Of a stretch of DNA of 64,000 bases, positions 11,759 to 20,953 are shown piece after piece; within the stretch, counting starts at the first letter, position 1, and each line of letters starts with the position of its first letter. Source of the stretch: Thermoplasmatota archaeon (GTDB lineage: Archaea > Thermoplasmatota > JAKEGO01); assembly GCA_028279595.1 (NCBI GenBank), contig JANQNK010000020.1:64001-128000 (forward strand). Reading direction: 5' to 3'. Both the position numbers and the translations under genes were made by a program. The notes under the pieces were generated by a model. That model was not told the origin of the DNA. It saw only the letters and a list, made by a program, of their open reading frames with translations, and did not search any database.

Positions 11759-11861
11759 TGTGACTACCAACCAGAAGGGTTATAAAAGCGTTATCCCCGG
11801 ATGCGACGGGACCCTGGCTGCGACGGAATCGTCCCTACTGTCATGAAAGTAAAGTACAGGT

Positions 11862-12452
11862 TCAGATGTCCAGTCCCTCGTCCCTGAGGAACTCGCGCAT
11901 GTCCTTCTCCGTGACCCTCCTGTACTCGTAGAACTCGGTGGGGTCGAACCAGTAGCCCTCCTTCGAGAGGAACTCCTTCTGTTCCTCGAGCAGTCTGAGA
12001 TGGACGACCTCCTCGATGACTATCTTCTCTAGTGCAACGATGAGGTCAAGGTCCTCGGTGTCGTCCAGCATGGCCTGGTAGTGGTCTATGGACCGCCTCT
12101 CGGCGGACATCGCCATGTTGAGGGCGTCCCCGACCGTGGTCCCGCCGAACGACCTGTCGATAGCCGCGCGCTGGAACCGTTTGTTCCGTTCGAACTCCTC
12201 CGTCACCTGGGGGAAGATGGGGATATGCCGGATCTCGATCTCCTCGGGGCGGAAGAACTTGACCTTGTTCTTGAAGGCCTCCCGCATCTCTATGAAGGTG
12301 GCCTTGTGCCTCACCTCATCGCCGGCAAGGGCGACGAACATCTTCTTGACGAGGCCCGGGCCAACGGAGTTGGCCTTGTCGGTGTAGAATGTATAGCCGT
12401 CCTCCTCGAGCTGGATGGCCTCCTCGATCTTTGAAAGCACGTGTTCCTTCAT
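11862..12452 (-). CDS. Rubrerythrin/ferritin-like diiron protein
   Basis: Paired E..G..FY/DEVRH and AE...I..Y/EEVVH motifs. Confidence 0.85.
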   Translation of the reverse strand: MKEHVLSKIEEAIQLEEDGYTFYTDKANSVGPGLVKKMFVALAGDEVRHKATFIEMREAFKNKVKFFRPEEIEIRHIPIFPQVTEEFERNKRFQRAAIDRSFGGTTVGDALNMAMSAERRSIDHYQAMLDDTEDLDLIVALEKIVIEEVVHLRLLEEQKEFLSKEGYWFDPTEFYEYRRVTEKDMREFLRDEGLDI

Positions 12453-12562
12453 AGCTGCCCCGCCCCCTCATTGCCCCTGCCATACATAACACTTTTTCCA
12501 TATGCCGCCAGGCGATGTCACCATCCAACTGATTATATATCCTCCGACCGTATCTCCGTTCG

Positions 12563-13531
12563 ATGGACGCGATACGGATAAGGGGACTCCGACGCTCCTT
12601 CGGCGATGTCAAGGCATTGGACGGCCTTGACCTATCGGTGCCGGAGGGCTCGTTCTTCGGTTTCCTCGGTCCGAACGGTGCCGGGAAGACCACCACCATA
12701 GCGGTGCTGTCGACGGTCCTGGTCCCCGACACCGGCAAGGTCTCGGTGAACGGGTACGATCTGGGAAAGGACCCGATCGATGTTCGCCGGTCCATCGGTC
12801 TCATGATCGAGAATCCAGGCTTCTATCCGGACCAGACCGTCCTCGACAACCTCCTGAACCATGCTGCATTCTACAAGTTGAAGAACGCGGAGAAATCCTC
12901 GCGGGGACTCCTGAAGGCCCTGGACCTCTCGAGCGTGAAGAACCGCAAGGCCGGCGGTCTGTCATTCGGGATGCGCAAGAGACTCGCCCTTGCCCAGGCG
13001 CTCCTCACCAGGCCGAAGATACTTCTGCTGGACGAGCCGATGACCGGCCTCGATCCGGAGGGGATAGCCCTCGCCCGGGACCTCCTGAAGGACGCCAACG
13101 AGTCCGGTGCGACGATCTTCATGTCCACTCACATACTGTCCGAGGTGGAGGCAGTCTGCGATCGTGTCGCCATCGTGAGGCGGGGCCGCAACATCGCCCA
13201 GGGCACACCGGCCGAGATCAAGGCCCTGCTTCCCGACGGTGCAGGGCACTTCATCGAGTTCCATGCCGTTATCGGGCGCGAGGGCGTGCCGCGGGAGATC
13301 CACGATATCGGAAGGGTCTCGTTCCATCCCATGGGCTTCGTCCTCCACGGGTTCAAGGGGGCGCCGGAGGATGTCTCGGCAGCGGTGAACGACATCCTGG
13401 TCAGCCACGAGATCAGGGTATCGGGTCTATACCACCGGGTGACCAGCCTGGAGGACGCCTACCTCGACCTCGTTGACGCCAGGTCAAGGAAGGGAAAGGC
13501 CAGGCCGAGGACGAGACGGCCTTCGAAATGA
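12563..13531 (+). CDS. ABC transporter ATP-binding protein (no adjacent permease)
   Basis: GPNGAGKTT, LSFGM, LLLDEP, STH. Confidence 0.93.
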   Translation: MDAIRIRGLRRSFGDVKALDGLDLSVPEGSFFGFLGPNGAGKTTTIAVLSTVLVPDTGKVSVNGYDLGKDPIDVRRSIGLMIENPGFYPDQTVLDNLLNHAAFYKLKNAEKSSRGLLKALDLSSVKNRKAGGLSFGMRKRLALAQALLTRPKILLLDEPMTGLDPEGIALARDLLKDANESGATIFMSTHILSEVEAVCDRVAIVRRGRNIAQGTPAEIKALLPDGAGHFIEFHAVIGREGVPREIHDIGRVSFHPMGFVLHGFKGAPEDVSAAVNDILVSHEIRVSGLYHRVTSLEDAYLDLVDARSRKGKARPRTRRPSK

Positions 13532-13592
13532 TCGACAGGTACCTCTTCTTCAGATAACAATCGTTTTATTCCAGTAACCTTCATTCCGGCCG

Positions 13593-14150
13593 ATGTTCCC
13601 GCTCGGGCACCTCGGCATCACACTCGGCATCGCCATCGCCCTGGTCAAGGTACGGCCGACCCTCGAACGGCGGCTGGACCTGCGATTCGTGCTTTTCGGT
13701 GCGATACTGCCCGACGTCATCGACAAGTTGTTCGGACACGTGATCCTCGCGGGAACCCTCGACAACGGACGTCTGGTCGGTCACTCGGCGCTTTTCGCCA
13801 TCGTCTTCCTTGCCGTCGGGATCCTGATCGCATCGGACCGACTGACCTCGATCGGGTTCGCATCCGGTGTCCATCTCGGTCTGGACCTGATGTGGTACCT
13901 GCCTTCGACCCTTTTCTGGCCCGCATATGGGTTCGGATTCCCCGCCGAGGACTTCGAGGTCTACGACTGGTTCGCGACACTGGTCAGGGACCCTGTCGTC
14001 CAGGCCGGCGAGGTGATCGGCGGCATCATCCTACTCTGGTTCGTCCTCCGGCATGGTCTCTACAGGATCGATCGGATACGGGAATTCCTGTTCAGGGGCG
14101 TCCTGGTCAGACAGCGACCTCGGCCGCGTACCAGAAGTAGATCAGCATGA
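13593..14150 (+). CDS. Membrane-bound metal-dependent hydrolase (YdjM-like)
   Basis: GHLG, GAILPDVIDK, GHS, HLGLD, LFWP motifs. Confidence 0.85.
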   Translation: MFPLGHLGITLGIAIALVKVRPTLERRLDLRFVLFGAILPDVIDKLFGHVILAGTLDNGRLVGHSALFAIVFLAVGILIASDRLTSIGFASGVHLGLDLMWYLPSTLFWPAYGFGFPAEDFEVYDWFATLVRDPVVQAGEVIGGIILLWFVLRHGLYRIDRIREFLFRGVLVRQRPRPRTRSRSA

Positions 14151-16107
14151 GACCGGCGATCATCATCACGATGCCGCTCACCCTCTCGATGGTCTTCATG
14201 TGCTTCTTCATGAAGTCAATGATCTTGGTCCTCGAACCGGCTATCAGTGCGGTGAACGTCACCATCAGCACGCCCATCCCGAGGCCGTAGAGGAGGACGA
14301 CCATGAAGCCTGCGAAGATGCCGCCCTGGGCGATCCCCACCGTCAGAATGAGGATGAAGAGCGGTGCGACACATGCCGAGGATGCGGCCGCGTAGACCAA
14401 CCCGTATGTGAACAGACCGAAGGCTCCCTGCTCCTCCGAGTCGAGCTTCACGTCCTTCCCGGTGACCCTGGACAATCCCTTCTCGGCCGTCTCCTTGGAG
14501 ACGAAACCGCCTGTCAAGCCCTTGATCATCTGGTAGATCTTGCCGGCGATATCCTTCAATGGAGTGGTGATGTAGTGGAACGGGATGTCGATGTCCCGGA
14601 ACATGGCGAAACCGAAGGCGAGGATCATGAGACCCATCACTAGGCCGATGTAGCCGAGATAACCGAATATGAAGTATCCGAATATTCCCACTATCAATCC
14701 AATTATGCCGAAGAACAGAAACATACCCATCGCAGGAATGGTCCCTTGGATGGCGCCGCGTCTCATCGCCCTCCTGATGTCCGCCTCCTCCTCGTCCTTC
14801 GAGTCCATCGTTACGTAGTAGGACATATAGGCTGGCATGAGCGGGTAGGCGCACGGTGAGAAGAACGTCACCATCCCCGCAACGAAGGCGAGGCCGAAGA
14901 CACCGAGGGAGACGACCGCCTGCCTTTCAGCTCGCCCCTCCTTTACCTTGTCGATCTCCTCGCTGAGCTTATCGGCGTCGGCGTGGCTGCTCTTGAACGT
15001 GACATATCCCTCTTTGTCGATTATGAAGTAGGTCGGATACAGGTCGACACTGTATTCCACGGTGACCTCTGGATCTATCTGACCGAAGACCCACTCCGCC
15101 CCTACCTCCTCCTTGAGGTCGCGAAGGTCGGACCTTTCCTGCGATCCTTCGACATCGCTCACTGATAGGATGACGATGTCATCCCCGTACTTCTCGTAGA
15201 CCTCCTTGAGGTGAGGCATCCCCTTCCGACAGCCGGGACAATCGGCGAACATGAAGTCCAATACGACGATCTTCTCTCCCCTGTAATCGCTGAGGTTGAC
15301 CCTGTCCCCGTCAAGCGTCCTGATCTGGAAGTCGGGCGCCCTCTCGACCGCGAAGAGCGGCCATATGACGAAGACACCTATCAAGAGTACCACGACGGCG
15401 ATGGCGCCTATCGTCAGGGGAGTCCTTCTCCTGTCGATGAAGTCCATGAATCCCGGTGACGTCCCAGCACCTGCCACGGGTGCAGCGGGTTTCGGTTCCT
15501 CCTCGGGCATTGGAACGGGTTCCTCCTTGACCGGTGGGGTCTCAACGGGCGTCGGTTCGACGACCGGTTCCGGTTTGGGTTCGGGTGCAGGTCTCAAGGT
15601 AGGCGCTTCGACCGGTGCACCGGTAATGTGCGGCGGCGGAGGCAGCTTGCCCTGCTCCCTCTGGATGTGGGGCGGGGGCGGTGGAGAACCCGGGGGTTGC
15701 ACCGGCGGTGCCTCCTTTACCGGTTCTGGTGCCGGCGGCGGAGCCTCCTTCACCGGCTCGGGCGTTGTGGCAGCCTTCGCTGGCTCGGGTGGTGCCGGCG
15801 GCTCCGGAGGTGGAGCGACCTTTGCCGGTTCTGGCGGTGGCGGCGTCGATGTGGCCTTTGCGGGCTCTGGCACGCTCTCGACCTTCGGGGTTGGAGGTGG
15901 GACCGTACCACGGCCGCCTTCAGACATCATCTTGCCGAGCTTCGCCTTGATCCACTGGGCTCCGGTGGTCCCGACCGGCCTTATCATGGCCAGGTCCAGG
16001 ACGTCCGCCTTCTGAAGGTCCTCCACTGTCGTGTAACCAGCCAGGACTAGAGCGTCTGCAGCCTCCCGGTCTATGGCCAGGACCTCCATCAAGTCTTCTG
16101 CCCTCAA
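14107..16107 (-). CDS. Fusion protein: HhH domain + Pro-rich linker + TM + TlpA/ResA thioredoxin + CcdA/DsbD membrane domain
   Basis: ADALVLAGYTTVEDL..A....L..I..VG...A; APDF...LDG, CPGC; FFSPCAYPL and SSACVAPL. Confidence 0.88.
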   Translation of the reverse strand: MRAEDLMEVLAIDREAADALVLAGYTTVEDLQKADVLDLAMIRPVGTTGAQWIKAKLGKMMSEGGRGTVPPPTPKVESVPEPAKATSTPPPPEPAKVAPPPEPPAPPEPAKAATTPEPVKEAPPPAPEPVKEAPPVQPPGSPPPPPHIQREQGKLPPPPHITGAPVEAPTLRPAPEPKPEPVVEPTPVETPPVKEEPVPMPEEEPKPAAPVAGAGTSPGFMDFIDRRRTPLTIGAIAVVVLLIGVFVIWPLFAVERAPDFQIRTLDGDRVNLSDYRGEKIVVLDFMFADCPGCRKGMPHLKEVYEKYGDDIVILSVSDVEGSQERSDLRDLKEEVGAEWVFGQIDPEVTVEYSVDLYPTYFIIDKEGYVTFKSSHADADKLSEEIDKVKEGRAERQAVVSLGVFGLAFVAGMVTFFSPCAYPLMPAYMSYYVTMDSKDEEEADIRRAMRRGAIQGTIPAMGMFLFFGIIGLIVGIFGYFIFGYLGYIGLVMGLMILAFGFAMFRDIDIPFHYITTPLKDIAGKIYQMIKGLTGGFVSKETAEKGLSRVTGKDVKLDSEEQGAFGLFTYGLVYAAASSACVAPLFILILTVGIAQGGIFAGFMVVLLYGLGMGVLMVTFTALIAGSRTKIIDFMKKHMKTIERVSGIVMMIAGLMLIYFWYAAEVAV

Positions 16108-16164
16108 GACATCACTGCGGCTAGGTAAGGTACAATCTTTAAAAACCTTTTTCCGAAGGAGGTC

Positions 16165-17046
16165 TCAGTTCTCGGTCCTCCGGGTGACCTTGATGAGCCC
16201 CTTCCGGTGGGCCAGATAAAGTCCTGCCGGAATGGCGATCAGTATGAGCAGGACCAAGAACGGCCTGTCCTCCACGATGTTCCCGTCTTCGCTCGAACCA
16301 CCTCGTTCCATGGCCACCTTATCGGAGATCGAAACCCTCTTCAGGGAGACCTCGTAGACAGGCCTGTCATGGGTCCCTCTCAGCGACGCGGGTAGCGGAG
16401 CTGTGTTGTTGGCGTCGGTGTCGGTCCAGACCTGTGCCATCTCTCGTACATGGTTCAGTCCCTCGACGACCACTCCGAAGACAGTATACCCGTTCTCCGG
16501 GGGTGTCCTGTTCTGTCTCTCGGCATGGTCGAGCTGGTGCTGGGGGCCGTCGCAGATGTAGAACTGGCTCTCGGCGGAGTCGGGATCCACACTTCGAGCC
16601 ATTCCGACCGCACCATCCACATGTGTCAATTCGGGGTGCGGTTCCAGGTCGACGGTCTCGCCACTACCGTCATTTAAAGGATCGTTGGCGTCCGGGTCGC
16701 CACCCTGGCAGACGAAATCGTCGATTATCCTGTGGAAGATCGTACCATCGTAGAATCCACGCTCAGCCAGCTTGATGAAGTTCTCGGTGTGCCTCGGAGC
16801 CCTGAACTCGTAGAGCTCGAATACGATGGTTCCGTCCACCCAGTCGGGATTGAGGAGCTTGAAGTTGTTCAGCGGATCGTCATAATCAGGCCTTGTGAGC
16901 GTATACCTGACCTCGAGTGTGGCATACCTGTTCTCCCACCAGATCCCGTCGCTTTCCTCCACCTTTCGCTCCGAGGTTGCCGCTGCTGGCATGGCCAGCG
17001 AGCACAGGACAAGGATAGCCATCGCCAGTGCTGGCGTTCGGAGCAT
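16165..17046 (-). CDS. Exported, C-terminally anchored cyclophilin peptidyl-prolyl isomerase
   Basis: Signal peptide; FYDGTIFHRII, QGGD, VGMAR, SQFYI, YTVFG; C-terminal TM with a basic tail. Confidence 0.92.
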   Translation of the reverse strand: MLRTPALAMAILVLCSLAMPAAATSERKVEESDGIWWENRYATLEVRYTLTRPDYDDPLNNFKLLNPDWVDGTIVFELYEFRAPRHTENFIKLAERGFYDGTIFHRIIDDFVCQGGDPDANDPLNDGSGETVDLEPHPELTHVDGAVGMARSVDPDSAESQFYICDGPQHQLDHAERQNRTPPENGYTVFGVVVEGLNHVREMAQVWTDTDANNTAPLPASLRGTHDRPVYEVSLKRVSISDKVAMERGGSSEDGNIVEDRPFLVLLILIAIPAGLYLAHRKGLIKVTRRTEN

Positions 17047-17210
17047 GGACCATCATTTCACCGAGATTACTTAAACATAATGGGAACCACGCCAAATTCA
17101 GATACTGTATGACATTGATGATGAAAGTCTCTATGATGCATGGGTACCCAGCTCACGATTAGCTCAGAGAGCGACAACACCCTTTTGTAATGATGTAGCG
17201 ATTCGAAATC

Positions 17211-18470
17211 ATGAGCGTGCTCATCCGCGGCGTACGGCTCGACGGGAAGAATGTGGACATCTACTGCGAGGACGACAGGATAACCGAGATCGGATCGGTG
17301 TCCGTCGAGGCGGACCATGTCATCGACGGGAGCGACAAGGCAGCCATTCCAGGGCTTGTCAACACACACACGCACGCGGCGATGACCCTATTCCGTTCAC
17401 ACGGGAACGACCTCCCTCTGATGACATGGCTCTCGGAGAAGATATGGCCCATCGAGGCCCATCTCAATGCTGACGACATCTACTGGGGCACTCGTTTGGC
17501 GTGTCTTGAAATGATCAAGACCGGGACCACGGCGTTCAACGACATGTACTATCACGTCGGAGCGACCGCCCGGGCTGTCGACGATTCAGGTATTCGCGGC
17601 GTCATCAGCGCGGTCTTCTTCAACATGCTCGATACAGGCGATATCGATGCGGCCATCAAGGGAATGACGGACCAAGTGAACGAGATCCGGTCCGTCGGCT
17701 GTGACAGGGCCGTTCCAGCACTTGGTCCACATGCCCCGTATACCGTTAGCGACGAAGCCCTCGGCGCCATAGGAGACCTTTCAGAAAAGGAGGACCTGCT
17801 GGTCCATTTCCATCTGGCGGAGACGGAGAAGGAGATCAATGATTACAAGGAGCGTACAGGCGAGTACCTGGTCCCCCGGATGGAGGAGATCGGCCTTCTG
17901 TCTCCCAGGATGATAGCCGCTCACAGCGTCTGGGTATCTCCAGAGGACTTGGACATCATGGCCAGGAACGGCGTCACCGCGTCTCACTGCCCGATCTCGA
18001 ACATGAAGCTCTCTGTCGGACGAGCCCTTCCGTATCCCGAAATGATGGCAAGGGGGATCCCCGTCACCCTTGGCACCGACGGCTGCGCATCCAACAACGA
18101 CCTCGACATGTTCGAGACGATGAAGTTTGCTGCACTCCTTCAGAAGCATGCGACCAACGATCCCACTGCGCTTCCGGCACACGAGGCTCTCCTCATGGCG
18201 ACCAGGGCTGGAGCGGCTGCCCTGAGTATAGATACTGGCGAGATCGTGGTAGGAAGGAAGGCCGACATCGTGCTCATCGACCTGAAGAGGCCGGAGATGG
18301 TACCCGGGCACGACCTCGTGTCCAATATCGTCTATTCGGCGAACGGGTCCTGTGTCAATACGACCATCTGCGACGGCCAGGTCCTGATGATGGACCGGAT
18401 CGTCGAGGGCGAGGCCGAGGTCCTTCAGAAGGCGGCCGAGGCTGCGAACGACCTCTTCTGCCGTGAATAG
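17211..18470 (+). CDS. mtaD: Amidohydrolase, MTA/SAH (5'-deoxyadenosine) deaminase family
   Basis: PGLVNTHTH, GPHAPY, HFHLAET, AHSV, HCPISNMKL, LGTDG.ASNN. Confidence 0.88.
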   Translation: MSVLIRGVRLDGKNVDIYCEDDRITEIGSVSVEADHVIDGSDKAAIPGLVNTHTHAAMTLFRSHGNDLPLMTWLSEKIWPIEAHLNADDIYWGTRLACLEMIKTGTTAFNDMYYHVGATARAVDDSGIRGVISAVFFNMLDTGDIDAAIKGMTDQVNEIRSVGCDRAVPALGPHAPYTVSDEALGAIGDLSEKEDLLVHFHLAETEKEINDYKERTGEYLVPRMEEIGLLSPRMIAAHSVWVSPEDLDIMARNGVTASHCPISNMKLSVGRALPYPEMMARGIPVTLGTDGCASNNDLDMFETMKFAALLQKHATNDPTALPAHEALLMATRAGAAALSIDTGEIVVGRKADIVLIDLKRPEMVPGHDLVSNIVYSANGSCVNTTICDGQVLMMDRIVEGEAEVLQKAAEAANDLFCRE

Positions 18471-18513
18471 ACGCGCTCGACGCCGACGTTGTCGGGCGTC
18501 AACGCGTCTCACC
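18470..18513. repeat. Dispersed hairpin element copy 2
   Basis: GACGCGCTCG-ACGCC(N10)GGCGT-CAACGCGTCTCACC; its first G is the last base of the mtaD stop codon. Confidence 0.85.
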
Positions 18514-18565
18514 GATTCCGGATGGGGGTGCCAAGCGATTTATACGGCGGGAACATTCGGTAGAC

Positions 18566-18943
18566 ATGAGGTTCATACAGACAGACGACGCTCCAGCACC
18601 GGTCGGTCCTTATTCCCAGGCCGTCGAGGCGAACGGCTTTCTTTACCTTTCAGGTCAGCTTGGCATCGATCCCGAGACCGGGGAGATGGCCACGGACGTG
18701 AGGGGCCAGGCGGCCCAGGTGTTCGCCAACATAGGAGCCGTCCTGGCAGCGGCCGGTCTCGGACCGAACGATGTCGTCAGGGTGAACGCCTTCCTTGCCG
18801 ACATGGACGATTTCAAGGCATTCAACGAGATCTATTCCGACTTCTTCGGCGAGCACAGACCTGCGAGGGCAGCGATACAGGCCGCGAGACTACCCCTCGA
18901 CTCCCTGATCGAGGTCGAGGCCGTAGCGAGAACCCCTGAATGA
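18566..18943 (+). CDS. ridA: RidA/YjgF reactive-intermediate deaminase
   Basis: APAPVGPYSQA, SGQL, F..FNEIY, PARA, LP....IEVEAVA. Confidence 0.95.
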   Translation: MRFIQTDDAPAPVGPYSQAVEANGFLYLSGQLGIDPETGEMATDVRGQAAQVFANIGAVLAAAGLGPNDVVRVNAFLADMDDFKAFNEIYSDFFGEHRPARAAIQAARLPLDSLIEVEAVARTPE

Positions 18944-19091
18944 GGATACGGGCGGGTCGTCAGGCCCACATATCAGATTCTCATGGATCCCGCGAAATAG
19001 TCGAATTCGGAGCGGATTTTGGTACTTGTCGATGATCGCTCCTCCCGAAAGGGCTTAATACCCCTATCTGAGTGCAGGGCCGGTGTGACAC

Positions 19092-19706
19092 ATGAATGTC
19101 AACGTCGCGATGAACCGATGGGACCTCTCGGTCCGTCGGTACCATGCCTGGAAGCATGAGACCACGTATGTGAACATGACGCTGCTGGCGCTCGCCTTCG
19201 CGGCCCTGACCGGACTGGGTGCCTTCATAAAGGTCTACACCCCGATCTCACCGATACCGTTCACAGCGCAGACCTTCTTCGTCCTCATGTCGGGAGTGCT
19301 TCTCGGAAAGTACTGGGGAGCGTACAGCCAGATGCTCTACATCGGCATCGGTGTCGCCGGAGTACCCTGGTTCGTTGGAGGTGCCTCCGGGGCCGAGGTT
19401 CTGACGGGAGCGACCGCAGGCTACCTGTTCGGGTTCGTTCTCGCATCCGCCTTCCTCGGATGGATGACCGAGGGCGGTATCCAGAACAGGGAGACCAAGT
19501 CCCTGGTCGGACTCAATATCGTAGCATCCCTGATCATCCTGACGAGCGGCACCTTCGGGCTCGTGGCCCTCGGGTTCACACTCGAGCAGGCGATCCTCTT
19601 CGGATTCCTTCCGTTCCTCGTGACGGACGGTATAAAGTCGTTCGTCGCGGGCGGTACCTCCGTGATGATGACCTCGCGATTACCCTATGGAAGGATCACG
19701 GAGTGA
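19092..19706 (+). CDS. bioY: Biotin transporter substrate component BioY
   Basis: PIPFTAQT, YI.IG.AGVPWF.GG, GATAGYLFGF, PFL.D.IK. Confidence 0.92.
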   Translation: MNVNVAMNRWDLSVRRYHAWKHETTYVNMTLLALAFAALTGLGAFIKVYTPISPIPFTAQTFFVLMSGVLLGKYWGAYSQMLYIGIGVAGVPWFVGGASGAEVLTGATAGYLFGFVLASAFLGWMTEGGIQNRETKSLVGLNIVASLIILTSGTFGLVALGFTLEQAILFGFLPFLVTDGIKSFVAGGTSVMMTSRLPYGRITE

Positions 19707-19888
19707 GCCAGGACAAGGGGGCGGATGCGAATGATGTCCGTCCCTACCCCTATATCCAGCATATCGATGATTCCCGGCCAGTATGTTCCTAATCGATACC
19801 ATTATAGTACTGAACTGTATCCCAAAATCGTCGAGACAGAGGGGGTGGGAACCTGAATGGACTGTTCGCTGATAGGAAGATAGTCGCA

Positions 19889-20953
19889 TTGGTGATGACG
19901 CTCGTACTGTTGGTCGTGATGATTGCAGGCCAGACCTATTTCTACGAGGACCCGGTCGAGGAGGAAGAGGACACCGGTGGCCTCGTCAGGGTCTACGACA
20001 GCCGCACGAAGATGGGCACCGTCGTGTCGATAATCGTTTACGCCGAGAGCGAGGAGGACGGACTGCGGGCGATCAATAAAGCGTTCAGTATGTTCGATAG
20101 CGTCGAACACCGTGCGACCCGGTACAATGAGAGTTCGGAGCTGATGCAGCTCAATCTCAATGGAACCATGCCGTATGCCTCACCCCATCTCGAGGAAATG
20201 TTTGAGGCTGCCATCGAATTCGGCAACCTCACCGATGGGGCGTTCGATGTGACCGTCCTGCCCTTGATCGACCTATGGTCTTACGATCCGGAGGCACCAG
20301 TACAGTTCTGGGACCTTAACGAATCTGAACAGATGACTGCCATCAATGACACGATGCCTTACATCGGTTGGGATAAGATAGAGATAATCGATCACAGCAC
20401 GACTACCAGGAACGTTACCATCCAATACGAGTCCAAGAAGATGTCCTGCACCCTCGACGGGATCGCAAAAGGCTACGCCGTCGACCGAGCCTTGTGGTCC
20501 TTAGCCCAATTGCACGGGATCGAACATGCCCTGGTGAACGCTGGCGGCGACATCGGGACCATTGGTACAAAGGCGAACGGAGACCTTTGGACCATCGCAA
20601 TGGAGAATCCCGAGAACGTCTCCGAGTTCATCATCAACGTTGAAGTTGATGGGATGGCTGTCGCGACCTCCGGCAACTACAGAAGGTTCTACGACCCGAA
20701 CGAATCCGTCGGACATATACTCGATCCATCCACTGGATACTCGGCCACGGAGAGCATGAGCGTAATGATAATCGCGGAGGACGCAACGACCGCCGATGCA
20801 CTGGCGACCGGCGTATTCGTCATGGGTCCGACAGATGGGATGGCGCTCATCGACACGCTCGACGACGTCGAAGCGCTCATCATCGGAGATGATAGCACCA
20901 TATACACTTCAGAAGGACTTACTGACTACGGCGAACTGGGGGTGGATGAATGA
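19889..20953 (+). CDS. apbE: FAD:protein FMN transferase ApbE (start may be CTG at 19853)
   Basis: MGT, GAFDVTV.PL..LW, GIAKGYAVD, NAGGD, ATSGNY, HILDP.TG, ADALAT. Confidence 0.95.
   Translation: MVMTLVLLVVMIAGQTYFYEDPVEEEEDTGGLVRVYDSRTKMGTVVSIIVYAESEEDGLRAINKAFSMFDSVEHRATRYNESSELMQLNLNGTMPYASPHLEEMFEAAIEFGNLTDGAFDVTVLPLIDLWSYDPEAPVQFWDLNESEQMTAINDTMPYIGWDKIEIIDHSTTTRNVTIQYESKKMSCTLDGIAKGYAVDRALWSLAQLHGIEHALVNAGGDIGTIGTKANGDLWTIAMENPENVSEFIINVEVDGMAVATSGNYRRFYDPNESVGHILDPSTGYSATESMSVMIIAEDATTADALATGVFVMGPTDGMALIDTLDDVEALIIGDDSTIYTSEGLTDYGELGVDE

Noticed and set aside
15480-15900. Imperfect DNA repeats in Pro-rich coding tracts (also 6930-7050)
   Set aside because: They are explained by low-complexity PEP/PPP protein linkers and are not a separate element.
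17100-17170. ATGATGA box-C-like motif (also on the minus strand near 54255)
   Set aside because: No correctly placed CTGA box D, so a C/D guide RNA is not supported.
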